64,000 bases of DNA from Solirubrobacterales bacterium (GTDB lineage: Bacteria > Actinomycetota > Thermoleophilia > Solirubrobacterales > JBBDJG01): the NCBI GenBank assembly GCA_038203635.1, contig JBBRDT010000004.1:4154-68153 (forward strand), written 5' to 3'. Below the pieces are notes generated by a model. It saw nothing but the letters and a program-made list of their open reading frames with translations, had not been told where the DNA came from and did no database searches. Both the position numbers and the translations under genes were made by a program. This document shows, piece after piece, positions 1-9,584 of the stretch (the stretch's first letter is position 1; every line of letters begins with the position of its first letter).

Positions 1-1
1 C

Positions 2-2548
2 GCCGCGGTCGCCGAGGACTTCGCCGACATGGCTGCTCATGGGGTGAACTCGGTCCGGACTTACACAGTTCCTCCCCGCTGGCTGCTGGACCTCGCATAC
101 GAGCACGGCCTCTGGGTGATGGTCGGAGTCCCGTGGGAACAGCACATCGCGTTCCTCAACGACCGCGGCCGCGCGGGAACGATCGTGCAGAACGTGCGGG
201 AGTCGATCCGCTCCTGCGCCGGGCATCCCGCGGTCCTCTGCTACGCGATCGGGAACGAGATCCCCGCGTCGATCGTGCGCTGGCACGGCCGGAGGCGGAT
301 CGAGCGCTTCCTGCGCCGGCTCTACGACGCAGCCAAGCAGGAGGATCCGGAGGCGCTCGTCACCTACGTCAACTACCCCAGCACCGAGTACCTCCAGCTG
401 CGGTTCATCGACCTCGTCTGCTTCAACGTGTTCCTCGAGTCGGGTCCCCAGTTCGAGTCGTATCTCGCCCGCCTCCAGAACATCGCCGGCGACCGGCCCC
501 TGCTGGTCACCGAGGCCGGCCTCGATTCCCTGCGCAATTCCGAGGGTGCACAGGCGCAGGCGCTCGACTGGCAGGTCCGCACGGCCTTTGCGGGCGGGTG
601 CGCGGGGATGTTCGTGTTCTCGTGGACCGATGAGTGGCATCGCGGCGGCTTCGACATCGAGGACTGGGCCTTCGGCCTGGTTGATCGCGACCGCGAGCCG
701 AAGCAGGCGCTCGCCACGGTCGGCAAGGCATTCTCGGAGACGCCGTTCAGGGCGGACCCCGCCTGGCCCAGGATCTCGGTCGTCGTTTGCGCGTACAACA
801 GCGAGGGCACGCTGCGCAGCTGTTTCGACGGCCTGCATGCGCTGCACTACCCCGACTACGAGGTGGTCGTGGTCAACGACGGGTCGACCGACCACACCGA
901 CGCCATCACCGAGGAGTACGGGTTCCGCCTGATCAGCACCGAGAACCAGGGTCTCGCCAACGCCCGCAACGAGGGGTTGCACGCAGCCACCGGAGAGATC
1001 GTCGCGTATATCGATGCCGACGCGCGTCCCGATCCGCACTGGCTCGCCCACCTGGCGACCGGATTCCTGAAGAGCTCCCACGCCGGCATCGGCGGCCCCA
1101 ACATCCCGCCCGCCGGCGACGGCGAGGTTGCGGAGTGCGTGGCGAACGCGCCGGGCGGGCCGATTCACGTGTTGCTCTCGGACGAGATCGCCGAACACAT
1201 CCCCGGCTGCAACATGGCGTTCTGGAAGTCGAGCCTGCTCGCGATCGGCGGATTCGACCCGCAGTACTGCGTCGCGGGCGACGACGTCGACATCTGCTGG
1301 CGCCTGCAGCAGCAGGGTTGGACGGTCGGCTTCAGCCCCGGCGCCGTGGTCTGGCACCACCGCAGGGACTCGATGACCGGATACCTCAAGCAGCAGTACG
1401 AGTACGGCAAGGCGGAGGCGCTCCTGGAGCGCAAGTGGCCCGAGCGCTACAACCGCGCCGGTCACCTCGCCTGGGCGGGCCGGGTCTACGGCGCGCCCCC
1501 CTCGAGGCTGCTCAGCGGCCGCTGGAAGATCTACTACGGCACCTGGGGCACCGGTCTGTTCCAGTCCGTCTACCAGGCGGCGCCCGGGATCCTCGGCTCG
1601 CTCCCGTTGATGCCCGAGTGGTACCTCGTGATCGCGGGCCTGGCGGGCCTCTCGGCACTGGGCGTGCTGTGGTCCCCGTTCCTCTTCACCCTGCCGCTCT
1701 TGCTTGCCGCGATCTCCGCACTCGTCTTCAAGGCGGCCGTGGGTGGAATGCACGGGACCACCTGTGCGGCCGGGTCATGGCTCGGCCGGTTCCGGATGCG
1801 TATGCGCACCGGCCTGCTCTACCTGCTTCAGCCGGCCGCTCGCCTCGGCGGCAGGTTGCGTCACGGCCTTTCCCCATGGCGCCGGCGATCGGCGCCGCAC
1901 CTGGGACTGCCGGTGCCTCGCACACACAGCATCTGGAGCGAGCAGTGGCGCGCACCCGACGAGCGTGTCAGGCGCCTCGAGAAGGCGCTGCGCCGCATCG
2001 GCGGGGTGGTCTTCTCCGGGGGCGACTACGAGCGATGGGACCTCTACGTGCGGGGCGGCATGCTCGGCTCGATGAGACTGCGCGTGGCAGTCGAGGAGCA
2101 CGGCGCCGGACGCCAGCTCGTCCGGATCCGCTCGTGGCCCCGGTTCTCGCGGATCGGCGCGGGCGTGGCGCTCGGCTTCTCCGCGCTCACCGCGGGAGCC
2201 GCGCTCGACAGCGCCTGGGCCGCGGCGGTCGTCCTCGCGGGCACGGCGCTGCTGATCCTCGTATCCACGATCAAGGACTGTGCAACTGCCGCCGGTGTGC
2301 TGCGCATCGCGCTCACCGAGGAAACCGAGCATGCCGCGCGTGAGCTTGCTCCGCGTACGGAGGAGCCCACGGCCCGGCCCGAACCGCGCCTCGCCGGCGG
2401 CACCTTCTCCCCGGCGGTCGAGGTCCCACACCACAACGGCGTGCCGGTGAACGGCATCCCGGGCGTTTCCCGAGGTAACGGCGCCACGCTGCCCTCATCG
2501 TTGAACCTCGCGGACAGAGGCTTCAACGTGACGGAGCCAGAGGAGTGA
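2..2548 (+). CDS. Clan GH-A (GH2/GH5-like TIM barrel) glycoside hydrolase fused to GT2 glycosyltransferase with C-terminal TM helices; 5'-truncated by window edge
   Basis: Frame open from position 2 (AAVAEDFADMAAHGVNSVRTY). YAIGNEIP (acid/base) and LLVTEAG (nucleophile) motifs; GT2 motifs VVVCAYN, DGSTD, YIDAD, GDDVD, QQYEYG; hydrophobic C-terminal segments. Confidence 0.85.
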   Translation, partial: AAVAEDFADMAAHGVNSVRTYTVPPRWLLDLAYEHGLWVMVGVPWEQHIAFLNDRGRAGTIVQNVRESIRSCAGHPAVLCYAIGNEIPASIVRWHGRRRIERFLRRLYDAAKQEDPEALVTYVNYPSTEYLQLRFIDLVCFNVFLESGPQFESYLARLQNIAGDRPLLVTEAGLDSLRNSEGAQAQALDWQVRTAFAGGCAGMFVFSWTDEWHRGGFDIEDWAFGLVDRDREPKQALATVGKAFSETPFRADPAWPRISVVVCAYNSEGTLRSCFDGLHALHYPDYEVVVVNDGSTDHTDAITEEYGFRLISTENQGLANARNEGLHAATGEIVAYIDADARPDPHWLAHLATGFLKSSHAGIGGPNIPPAGDGEVAECVANAPGGPIHVLLSDEIAEHIPGCNMAFWKSSLLAIGGFDPQYCVAGDDVDICWRLQQQGWTVGFSPGAVVWHHRRDSMTGYLKQQYEYGKAEALLERKWPERYNRAGHLAWAGRVYGAPPSRLLSGRWKIYYGTWGTGLFQSVYQAAPGILGSLPLMPEWYLVIAGLAGLSALGVLWSPFLFTLPLLLAAISALVFKAAVGGMHGTTCAAGSWLGRFRMRMRTGLLYLLQPAARLGGRLRHGLSPWRRRSAPHLGLPVPRTHSIWSEQWRAPDERVRRLEKALRRIGGVVFSGGDYERWDLYVRGGMLGSMRLRVAVEEHGAGRQLVRIRSWPRFSRIGAGVALGFSALTAGAALDSAWAAAVVLAGTALLILVSTIKDCATAAGVLRIALTEETEHAARELAPRTEEPTARPEPRLAGGTFSPAVEVPHHNGVPVNGIPGVSRGNGATLPSSLNLADRGFNVTEPEE

Positions 2549-2558
2549 GTCTGCGGTA

Positions 2559-4835
2559 GTGAAAGTCCCGTTTCGCCGACGAAGCAGCGAGACCGAAGTC
2601 GGGGCGTGGGACCAGTGGAAGATCCTTCCGGAGGCGCTTCCCTATCTGCGTCCCTACCGGAAGGTCGTCATCATCTCGTTTGCCCTGACGATCGCCGCCG
2701 CGGCGGTTGGCCTTGCCGAGCCATGGCCGCTGGCGCTGATCATCGACGACGTGATCGGGGCAAACTCCCCGCCCGGCCCTCTGCGGCCGCTGTTCGGCGA
2801 CAACCCGGATCCCTACCGGCTGCTCTTCTTCATCGTCGGGTTCGGCTTCCTGATCTCCACGATGAGTCACGGCGTACGCGTGATCGGCGACTACGTGAAC
2901 GCCAAGATCGAGCAGAACATCGTCCTCGACCTGCGCAGCGATCTGTTCAACCACGTCACCCAGCTCTCGCTGACCTACCACGACGAGCGCCACACCGGAA
3001 TGCTGATGGGCCTCATCAACATGCAGGCCGCGTCCCTGGGTGCGATCGTGATGGCGTTCCCACCTCTCTTCGAGAGCGTGCTGATGTTGATCGGGATGCT
3101 CACGATCGCATTGCTGATCGACTGGCAGGTGACCCTGGTATCGCTCGTCTGCGTCCCCTTCGTCTACTGGGCGATCGGGCTGTACGGGACACGCATCGTC
3201 CCCCGCATCCAGCGCGTGCAGAGCCTGGAGATGCGATCGCTCTCGATCATCTTCGAGGCCATGTCGATGCTGCGGGTGATCACCTCGTTCGGCCGCCGCC
3301 GGCTGGAGCACTACCGCTTCTACACGCAGGGCAAGACCGCGGTCGACGCCCGGGTGCGGCTGACGGTCCATCAGACGATGTTCTCGCTGGGTGTTGCCAC
3401 CGCGATCGCGCTCGGCACGGCGATCGTGCTCGGGTTCGGCGCCTACCACGTGCTGCAGGGCAAGATCTCGCTCGGCGAGATGATCGTCCTGATCTCGTAC
3501 ATCTCCGCCGTCTACCAGCCGCTCGAAGCCATCAGCCACACGGTCGGGAGCCTGCATCAGAGCTTCGTCTTCCTGAACGCCTCGTTCACGATCCTGTCCG
3601 AGAAGCCCGAGGTCACCGAGAAGCCGGACGCGATCGACATCGGTCGGTCGAGCGGCGCCGTGACGTTCGAGAACGTGAGCTTCTCCTACAAGGGCCGTCA
3701 GGGAACGCTCAGGAATGTCTCGTTCAGCTGCAAGGGCGGCGACCGCGTGGCCGTGGTGGGACCGACGGGCGCCGGCAAGACGACGCTCATGAACATCCTC
3801 GTCCGCTTCTACGACCCTGCCGAAGGCAGCGTCAAGATCGACGGTCACGACACCAAGGACCTGACGCTGGACTGCCTGCGCGACCAGATGAGCCTGGTGA
3901 TGCAGACTCCGCTCCTGTTCTCGGGCTCGATCGCCGACAACATCCGGTATGGCAAGCTCGACGCGACGATGGACGAGATCGTGGCCGCTGCGAGGGAAGC
4001 CAACTGCCACGACTTCATCACGAGCCTGCCCGGTGGCTACGAGACCGAATTGGGCGAGGGGGGCGCGCAGCTGTCGGGCGGCGAACGTCAGCGGATCGCG
4101 GTGGCCCGCGCATTCATCCGGGCGGCACCGATCCTCATCCTGGACGAGCCGACGTCGGCGATCGACTCCAAGACGGAGGCCGTGATCCTCGACGCGCTCG
4201 AGAACCTGATGGAGGGGCGCACCTCGTTCATGATCGCCCACCGGCTGTCCACGGTGCGCAACGCCAACCTGATCCTCGTGATGAACCACGGCGAGGTGGT
4301 GGAGAAGGGGACCCACGACGAGCTGCTCGCCACGGGCGGTCTCTACTACCAGCTCTACGAGGCCCAGACCGGCCGCACGGCCGCGATCGAGGCCCAGTAT
4401 GCGCAGCAGGCGCTGGCGGACGGGGACTCGAAGCTGGGCGTCTCGGACATCCTCGCCGAGGTCGCGACCGCCGAGGCGCTGGCCCGCTACGAGCAGACGA
4501 ATCCCCGCCCCGAGGAACCGCACGAGCCGGCCGTGGCCGCCGAGCACCATGGAAACGGCCCCGAGCCGGGATCCACGCCGGCGTTGCAGGCGCCGGTGGT
4601 CCCGCAGCCGTCTGCGGCTGTGCCTGCCGCCGCACAGGAGCCGGACGGTCAGGCGGAGGTCAGCGACCGTGTGATCGAGACACTTACGGACGCCGTCCGT
4701 CAACGCATCCAGCAGGCGCTGTCGAGCAGCACGTCCGATGGAGAGGGAAGCAACGGGGCGCGAGATCAGGACGGACCCGGATCGGATCACCCGGGCTCCT
4801 CGCCGTTTTCGGCGGGAAATGACGCCGGCGTCTAA
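2559..4835 (+). CDS. ABC transporter, fused permease/ATPase (MsbA/type IV exporter-like) with acidic low-complexity tail
   Basis: N-terminal TM helices, Walker A GPTGAGKT, signature LSGGERQR, Walker B ILDEPTS, IAHRLST. Confidence 0.93.
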   Translation: MKVPFRRRSSETEVGAWDQWKILPEALPYLRPYRKVVIISFALTIAAAAVGLAEPWPLALIIDDVIGANSPPGPLRPLFGDNPDPYRLLFFIVGFGFLISTMSHGVRVIGDYVNAKIEQNIVLDLRSDLFNHVTQLSLTYHDERHTGMLMGLINMQAASLGAIVMAFPPLFESVLMLIGMLTIALLIDWQVTLVSLVCVPFVYWAIGLYGTRIVPRIQRVQSLEMRSLSIIFEAMSMLRVITSFGRRRLEHYRFYTQGKTAVDARVRLTVHQTMFSLGVATAIALGTAIVLGFGAYHVLQGKISLGEMIVLISYISAVYQPLEAISHTVGSLHQSFVFLNASFTILSEKPEVTEKPDAIDIGRSSGAVTFENVSFSYKGRQGTLRNVSFSCKGGDRVAVVGPTGAGKTTLMNILVRFYDPAEGSVKIDGHDTKDLTLDCLRDQMSLVMQTPLLFSGSIADNIRYGKLDATMDEIVAAAREANCHDFITSLPGGYETELGEGGAQLSGGERQRIAVARAFIRAAPILILDEPTSAIDSKTEAVILDALENLMEGRTSFMIAHRLSTVRNANLILVMNHGEVVEKGTHDELLATGGLYYQLYEAQTGRTAAIEAQYAQQALADGDSKLGVSDILAEVATAEALARYEQTNPRPEEPHEPAVAAEHHGNGPEPGSTPALQAPVVPQPSAAVPAAAQEPDGQAEVSDRVIETLTDAVRQRIQQALSSSTSDGEGSNGARDQDGPGSDHPGSSPFSAGNDAGV

Positions 4836-7293
4836 AAAGGTCGTCCTGCTCGGCATGATGACGAGGATCCCGGTTGCCGGGGTCGTCTGGCAGACCGCGC
4901 ACTACCTGCTGGGCCTCGAGCGTCTCGGCTACGAGGCCTATTACGTCGAGACGCACGCGCGCACGCCGGCGATGCTGATGGAGCGCGAGGAGGACGACAG
5001 CTCCGCCCGCGCGGCGGCTTTCGTCGACGGGGTCATGCGGCGGTTCGGCCTCCGCGATCGCTGGGCCTTCTACGCGCTGCACGACGACAACCGCTGCTTC
5101 GGGATGAGCCGCACGCAGCTGCGACGCCTGTACGGAGATGCGCTCTGCCTGATCAACCTGCACGGGGGCACCGAGCCGCGTCCGGAGCTGTACGAGACCG
5201 ACAGGCTGGTCTACCTCGAGACCGACCCGGTGCAGCTGCAGACAGAGCTCCACTACGGAGTCCAGGCATCGTTCGACTTTCTCGACCCGCACTGCGCGTT
5301 CTTCACCTACGCAGAGAACCACGGCAATCCGGACTGCGGGCTTCCGAGTCACGACAGGTTTCCGTTCCATCCCACGCGCCAGCCGGTGGTCATGGACCTC
5401 TGGCGCGGGCGGGGAACCCCGGGTGAGCAGATGACCACGGTGGGCAACTGGCGCCAGCCGTGGCGTGAGATCGAGCTGGACGGCGAACGCTACAGCTGGA
5501 GCAAGCACCACGAGTTCCTGAAGTTCATCGACCTCCCATCGCGCACCGTACAGCCCTTCGAGCTTGCGCTCTCCAGCTACGAGCCCGAGGACAAGCAGAT
5601 GCTCGAGGGAAAGGGCTGGCGGGTGCGGCACGCGCTCGACTTCTCCACGGACACCGACGCCTACCGCGACTACGTCACGAACTCGCGGGGGGAGTTCACC
5701 GTCGCCAAGGACCAGAACGTGCGCCTGCGGACCGGCTGGTTCAGCGACCGCAGCATCACCTATCTGGCGGCCGGGCGGCCCGTGATCAGCCAGGACACCG
5801 GCTTCTCCAACATCTTTCCCACCGGAGAGGGCCTGTTCGGATTCTCCTCCATGGACGAGATCCTGGCTGCCGTCGAGGCGATCAACTCCGACTACGCGCG
5901 CCACAGCCGCGCGGCCGAGGAGATCGCGCGCGAGTACTTCGCCCACGACGTCGTGCTGGGGCGCTTGCTGAGCGACGTCGGCGCGGACCTCTGCGGCGGG
6001 AACGGCTACGCCGTCAAACGCCATGGCACCGCCCCGTTCCCCCCGGGGCTCGACCTGGAGCCCGCCTCGCGGCGGCCCACCCGGCTCGCACCCGAGACCG
6101 AGGCTCACCTGGCGGCGCGCCCGGTGCCGGCGCGCACGACCCACCCCTGGCCCGGCTGCACTCCCGTGAGCATCGTCATGACCTCACACGACAACCTGCT
6201 CTTCACCCGCATGTGCATCGAGAGCGTGTTGGCGTGCACCGAGTACCCGAGCTACGAGTTGATCGTCGTCGACAACGGCTCTGACGACGGCACGGCCGAC
6301 TACCTCCGGGAGCTGGCGGCGCGAAACTCGCATGTGAGGTTGGCGCTGAACAGCCGCAACGCAGGGTTCGCGCGGGCCTGTAACCAGGGCGCGGCGCTCG
6401 CGGCCGGCGATGTGCTCGTGCTCCTCAACGACGACACGCTCGTCACACCCGGGTGGCTGCCGCGTCTGATCGCCCCACTGAACGATCCGCAGATCGGCCT
6501 CTGCGGCGCGGTCACCAATCGCATCGGCAACGAGGCCGAGATCCCGACGTCGTATCGCACCTGGGGCGAGCTGCTCGAGTTCGCCGGCGAGCGTGCGCGC
6601 ACGCAGGCGGGCATCCTCACCGACATCGGCACGGTCACCATGTTCTGCATGGGCCTCCGCGCGGCATCGTTCGAGCGGATCGGCCCACTGGACCAGCGCT
6701 TCGAGATCGGCATGCTCGAGGACGACGACTACTCGAAGCGCGCGCGCGAGGCCGGGTACCGCCTCGTATGCGTCGAGGACGCGTTCGTCCACCACTTCGG
6801 GGAGACGTCATTCGGCAAGCTCGTGCCGACCGGTCGCTACGGCGAGATCCTGGAGGAGAACAAGCGCCGCTTCGAGGAGAAGTGGGGAGAGCCGTGGCAG
6901 CCATACCAGCGCCGCCCCGATCCCGAATACACGGGCCTGCGCGACCGCATCCGTGAGATCGTCGCCGCTGCCATCCCGGCCGAAGCGACGGTGCTGGTCG
7001 TGAGCAAGGGCGACGTGGAGCTGCTCGAGCTCGGCGGCCGGCGCACGCGTCACTTTCCCGAGGCCGAGGACGGCACCTGGGCCGGCCATCACCCGGCCGA
7101 CAGCTCCGAGGCGGTGGCGACCCTCGAGGCGATGCGCGCGACCGGGGGCGAGTTCATCGTCTTCCCGCGGACCGGCATGTGGTGGCTCCAGCACTACCAA
7201 GGGCTGCTGGAACATCTCGAGCGCCGCTACGACACGGTCGTCCGCGAGGACGACGTGTGCGTCATCTTCGCCCTCAACGGACGCGACCCGTGA
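4819..7293 (+). CDS. Multidomain glycosyltransferase: unusual GT-B-like domain + GT2 + C-terminal 'VSKGD' domain
   Basis: ATG 4819 overlaps the ABC gene end. N-half aligns with paralogues at 17333, 21202, 22356 (GWFSDRS..YLA.G.P); GT2 motifs VDNGSDD, LLNDDT, EDDDY. Confidence 0.85.
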   Translation: MTPASKKVVLLGMMTRIPVAGVVWQTAHYLLGLERLGYEAYYVETHARTPAMLMEREEDDSSARAAAFVDGVMRRFGLRDRWAFYALHDDNRCFGMSRTQLRRLYGDALCLINLHGGTEPRPELYETDRLVYLETDPVQLQTELHYGVQASFDFLDPHCAFFTYAENHGNPDCGLPSHDRFPFHPTRQPVVMDLWRGRGTPGEQMTTVGNWRQPWREIELDGERYSWSKHHEFLKFIDLPSRTVQPFELALSSYEPEDKQMLEGKGWRVRHALDFSTDTDAYRDYVTNSRGEFTVAKDQNVRLRTGWFSDRSITYLAAGRPVISQDTGFSNIFPTGEGLFGFSSMDEILAAVEAINSDYARHSRAAEEIAREYFAHDVVLGRLLSDVGADLCGGNGYAVKRHGTAPFPPGLDLEPASRRPTRLAPETEAHLAARPVPARTTHPWPGCTPVSIVMTSHDNLLFTRMCIESVLACTEYPSYELIVVDNGSDDGTADYLRELAARNSHVRLALNSRNAGFARACNQGAALAAGDVLVLLNDDTLVTPGWLPRLIAPLNDPQIGLCGAVTNRIGNEAEIPTSYRTWGELLEFAGERARTQAGILTDIGTVTMFCMGLRAASFERIGPLDQRFEIGMLEDDDYSKRAREAGYRLVCVEDAFVHHFGETSFGKLVPTGRYGEILEENKRRFEEKWGEPWQPYQRRPDPEYTGLRDRIREIVAAAIPAEATVLVVSKGDVELLELGGRRTRHFPEAEDGTWAGHHPADSSEAVATLEAMRATGGEFIVFPRTGMWWLQHYQGLLEHLERRYDTVVREDDVCVIFALNGRDP

Positions 7294-8765
7294 GCGATCC
7301 ACGCTGCACGATCGTCATCCCCGTGCACGGCCGGGCCGGGCTCACGCACCGCTGCCTGGACGCGATCCTGACCGACCCTCCCGGCACGCCGTTCGAGATC
7401 GTCGTCGTGGACGATGCCTCCACTGACGACACGCCTGTGCTCCTCGCCCGCCAGCCGGCCGAGGTGCGCTCGCTGAGGAGGGAGCGGAACGGGGGGTTCG
7501 CAGTCGCCTGCAACGACGGCGCGGCCGCGGCGCGTGGAGAGCTGCTCGTCTTCCTGAACAACGACACGGAGCCCCATCCCGGATGGCTCGACGCGCTGGT
7601 GGATCACGCCGACGCGCACCCGGAGGCGGCCGCGGTCGGCGCGAAGCTCTTGTTCCGGGACGGCACCGTGCAGCATGCGGGCGTCGCGATCTGCCAGGAC
7701 GGGCGCCCCAGGCACATCTATGCGGGCTTCCCCGCCGATCACCCGGCCGTCCAGCGACCCCGGCCCTTCCAGGCAGTGACCGCGGCGTGCATGCTGGTGC
7801 GGCGCAAGGACTTCGAGCGGACCGGCGGCTTCGACCCGGCCTTCCGCAACTCCCTGGAGGACGTGGACCTCTGCCTGCGGCTGCGCGAAGCCGGAGCCGA
7901 GGTGCACTACTGCCCCGCGGGCGTGGTCACCCACCTGGAATCTGCCTCCCGCGGAAGAGGCTCCCAAGACGTCCAGCACAACTTCGATCTCTTTCAGGAA
8001 CGCTGGGAGCACCGCGTCCAACGCGACGACATCGCTCACTACATAGAGGACGGCCTGCTGAGCCTGCGCTACCGCGACACGTACCCAATCGGCCTCGAGG
8101 CCGCCGCGGAGCTCGCAACGACAAAACCAGGTGGGGCAGGGGAGGCGCTGATCGAAAGCCAGCAACGCCACATCTCTCTATTACTAAGAGAGGTGGTCCG
8201 GTTGACCGCCCACATAGCGGACTTGGAGCTAAAAGACCCGAACCGTGTGGTCGGGGACCCTCCCCGGAGACTAAAAACGAATCTAGGGTCTCCGGGGAGG
8301 GTCTCCGACCGCGCGGCACAAGCGCTAGAGATGCAAATCTTGGACCTGCAGCAGGAAATCGCAGCCACCGGCAACGGCTTTGAGCCCAGCGAAGGATTGA
8401 GCTACAGAAAGCTGTTGGCCGATATACAGGGAGTGATCGACGAACAGGTGCCCAAAGACGCAACAGTGCTCGTGATCAGCCGCGGTGACGACGAAGCGCT
8501 CGATCTCGGCGGCAGACGCGCCTGGCACTTCCCCCAGGAGGCAGACGGAACGTACGCCGGCAACTACCCGCAGAGCTCCGACGACGCCGTGGCGCACCTG
8601 GAGGAATTGCGCAGCAAGGGTGCCCAGTACCTGCTCGTGCCGAGCACGTCCGCATGGTGGCTCGAGCACTACAAGGGTTTCGCCCGCCACCTGCACGACC
8701 GCTGCCGGCCGCTGGCCGAGCGCCACGAGTGTGCTCTTTTCGCGCTGAACGACGAGTCTCGATGA
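7290..8765 (+). CDS. GT2 glycosyltransferase (WbbL/rhamnosyltransferase-like) with C-terminal 'VSKGD' domain
   Basis: GTGA overlap start; VDDASTD, FLNNDT, QHAG, AVTAAC, EDVDLCL, HLESASRG. Confidence 0.88.
   Translation: MSDPRCTIVIPVHGRAGLTHRCLDAILTDPPGTPFEIVVVDDASTDDTPVLLARQPAEVRSLRRERNGGFAVACNDGAAAARGELLVFLNNDTEPHPGWLDALVDHADAHPEAAAVGAKLLFRDGTVQHAGVAICQDGRPRHIYAGFPADHPAVQRPRPFQAVTAACMLVRRKDFERTGGFDPAFRNSLEDVDLCLRLREAGAEVHYCPAGVVTHLESASRGRGSQDVQHNFDLFQERWEHRVQRDDIAHYIEDGLLSLRYRDTYPIGLEAAAELATTKPGGAGEALIESQQRHISLLLREVVRLTAHIADLELKDPNRVVGDPPRRLKTNLGSPGRVSDRAAQALEMQILDLQQEIAATGNGFEPSEGLSYRKLLADIQGVIDEQVPKDATVLVISRGDDEALDLGGRRAWHFPQEADGTYAGNYPQSSDDAVAHLEELRSKGAQYLLVPSTSAWWLEHYKGFARHLHDRCRPLAERHECALFALNDESR
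8243..8316 (+). repeat. 29-bp-stem inverted repeat embedded in frame within a GT2 gene
   Basis: Arm 8243-8271 pairs with 8288-8316 (26 Watson-Crick pairs + 3 G.U, no mismatches); 16-nt A-rich loop. Confidence 0.9.
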
Positions 8766-9580
8766 CGACCAGCTTCCGCGTCACACAGGGCTCGCCCGAC
8801 TACTTTGGGCTCGTGGACCAGGTCACGTCGATGGTGACGGCGGTGGTCCCTCCGTCCAAGACGGTGCTGGTCGTGAGCAAGGGCGACGAGAACCTGCTGC
8901 GCCTGGGATCGCGCACCGGATGGCACTTCCCGCGCACGGACGACGGCCGCTACGCCGGCCACTACCCGGCTGACAGCGACGAGGCCGTCCGCCAGCTGGA
9001 AGCCCTGCGCGAGCGCGGAGCGAGCTATGTCGTCTTCCCCGCCACCTCACTCTGGTGGCTGGACCACTACCCGGAGTTGAGCCGTCATCTGCAGGACCGA
9101 TACACATGCTTGGTCAGAGATGAAGACACCTGCGCGATCTACGACCTCACCCAGGCGCCCGCAGCCGAGGCCGGCGCGCCGGCAGGACGGAGCGAAAGCA
9201 AGCCCACCGCGGCCCCGGCGCGCCCGCCGGACACACGCACCGCACAGTTGACCGCGTTCCTCGACAACCTGCTTCCCGAGAAGGCGACAGTGGTCGTGGC
9301 GACCTCCCGCGAGGAAGGTTTGGAGGCATTGCGCGACGAGGGCGTCGAGTTCCTGGTCGTCCCGCGCGAGACGCGGTTGGTGAGGGACCATCCCGATTTC
9401 CTCGGCGACGTCGAGCAGCGTCATAGGTGCATCGCTCGCCAGCGATATCTCTGCTCCGTGTACGACCTGGCCCACTCGTCGCCGCTGCGGCGGGAGAAGT
9501 CCGCCGGTGCGCAGAAGACAGGTCCGTGGCGGCGGTGGCTGCGTCTGTTCCGGCGCCGCGGCAAGCCCGAGCAAGGCTGA
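8762..9580 (+). CDS. Hypothetical protein made of one full and one degenerate 'VSKGD' domain
   Basis: ATGA overlap start; VLVVSKGD...HFP...AGHYPADS...WWLDHY, then a shortened second copy (LEALRDEGVEFLVVP...CSVYDL). Confidence 0.8.
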   Translation: MTTSFRVTQGSPDYFGLVDQVTSMVTAVVPPSKTVLVVSKGDENLLRLGSRTGWHFPRTDDGRYAGHYPADSDEAVRQLEALRERGASYVVFPATSLWWLDHYPELSRHLQDRYTCLVRDEDTCAIYDLTQAPAAEAGAPAGRSESKPTAAPARPPDTRTAQLTAFLDNLLPEKATVVVATSREEGLEALRDEGVEFLVVPRETRLVRDHPDFLGDVEQRHRCIARQRYLCSVYDLAHSSPLRREKSAGAQKTGPWRRWLRLFRRRGKPEQG

Positions 9581-9584
9581 GCAC

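Noticed and set aside
2523-4856. 777-aa minus-strand ORF and similar long shadow ORFs (e.g. 17303-18985, 28153-30390, 44854-47688, 52286-54322)
   Set aside because: They lie antisense to, or in another frame of, motif-supported genes. Such stop-poor frames are expected in high-GC DNA and show no recognisable motifs.
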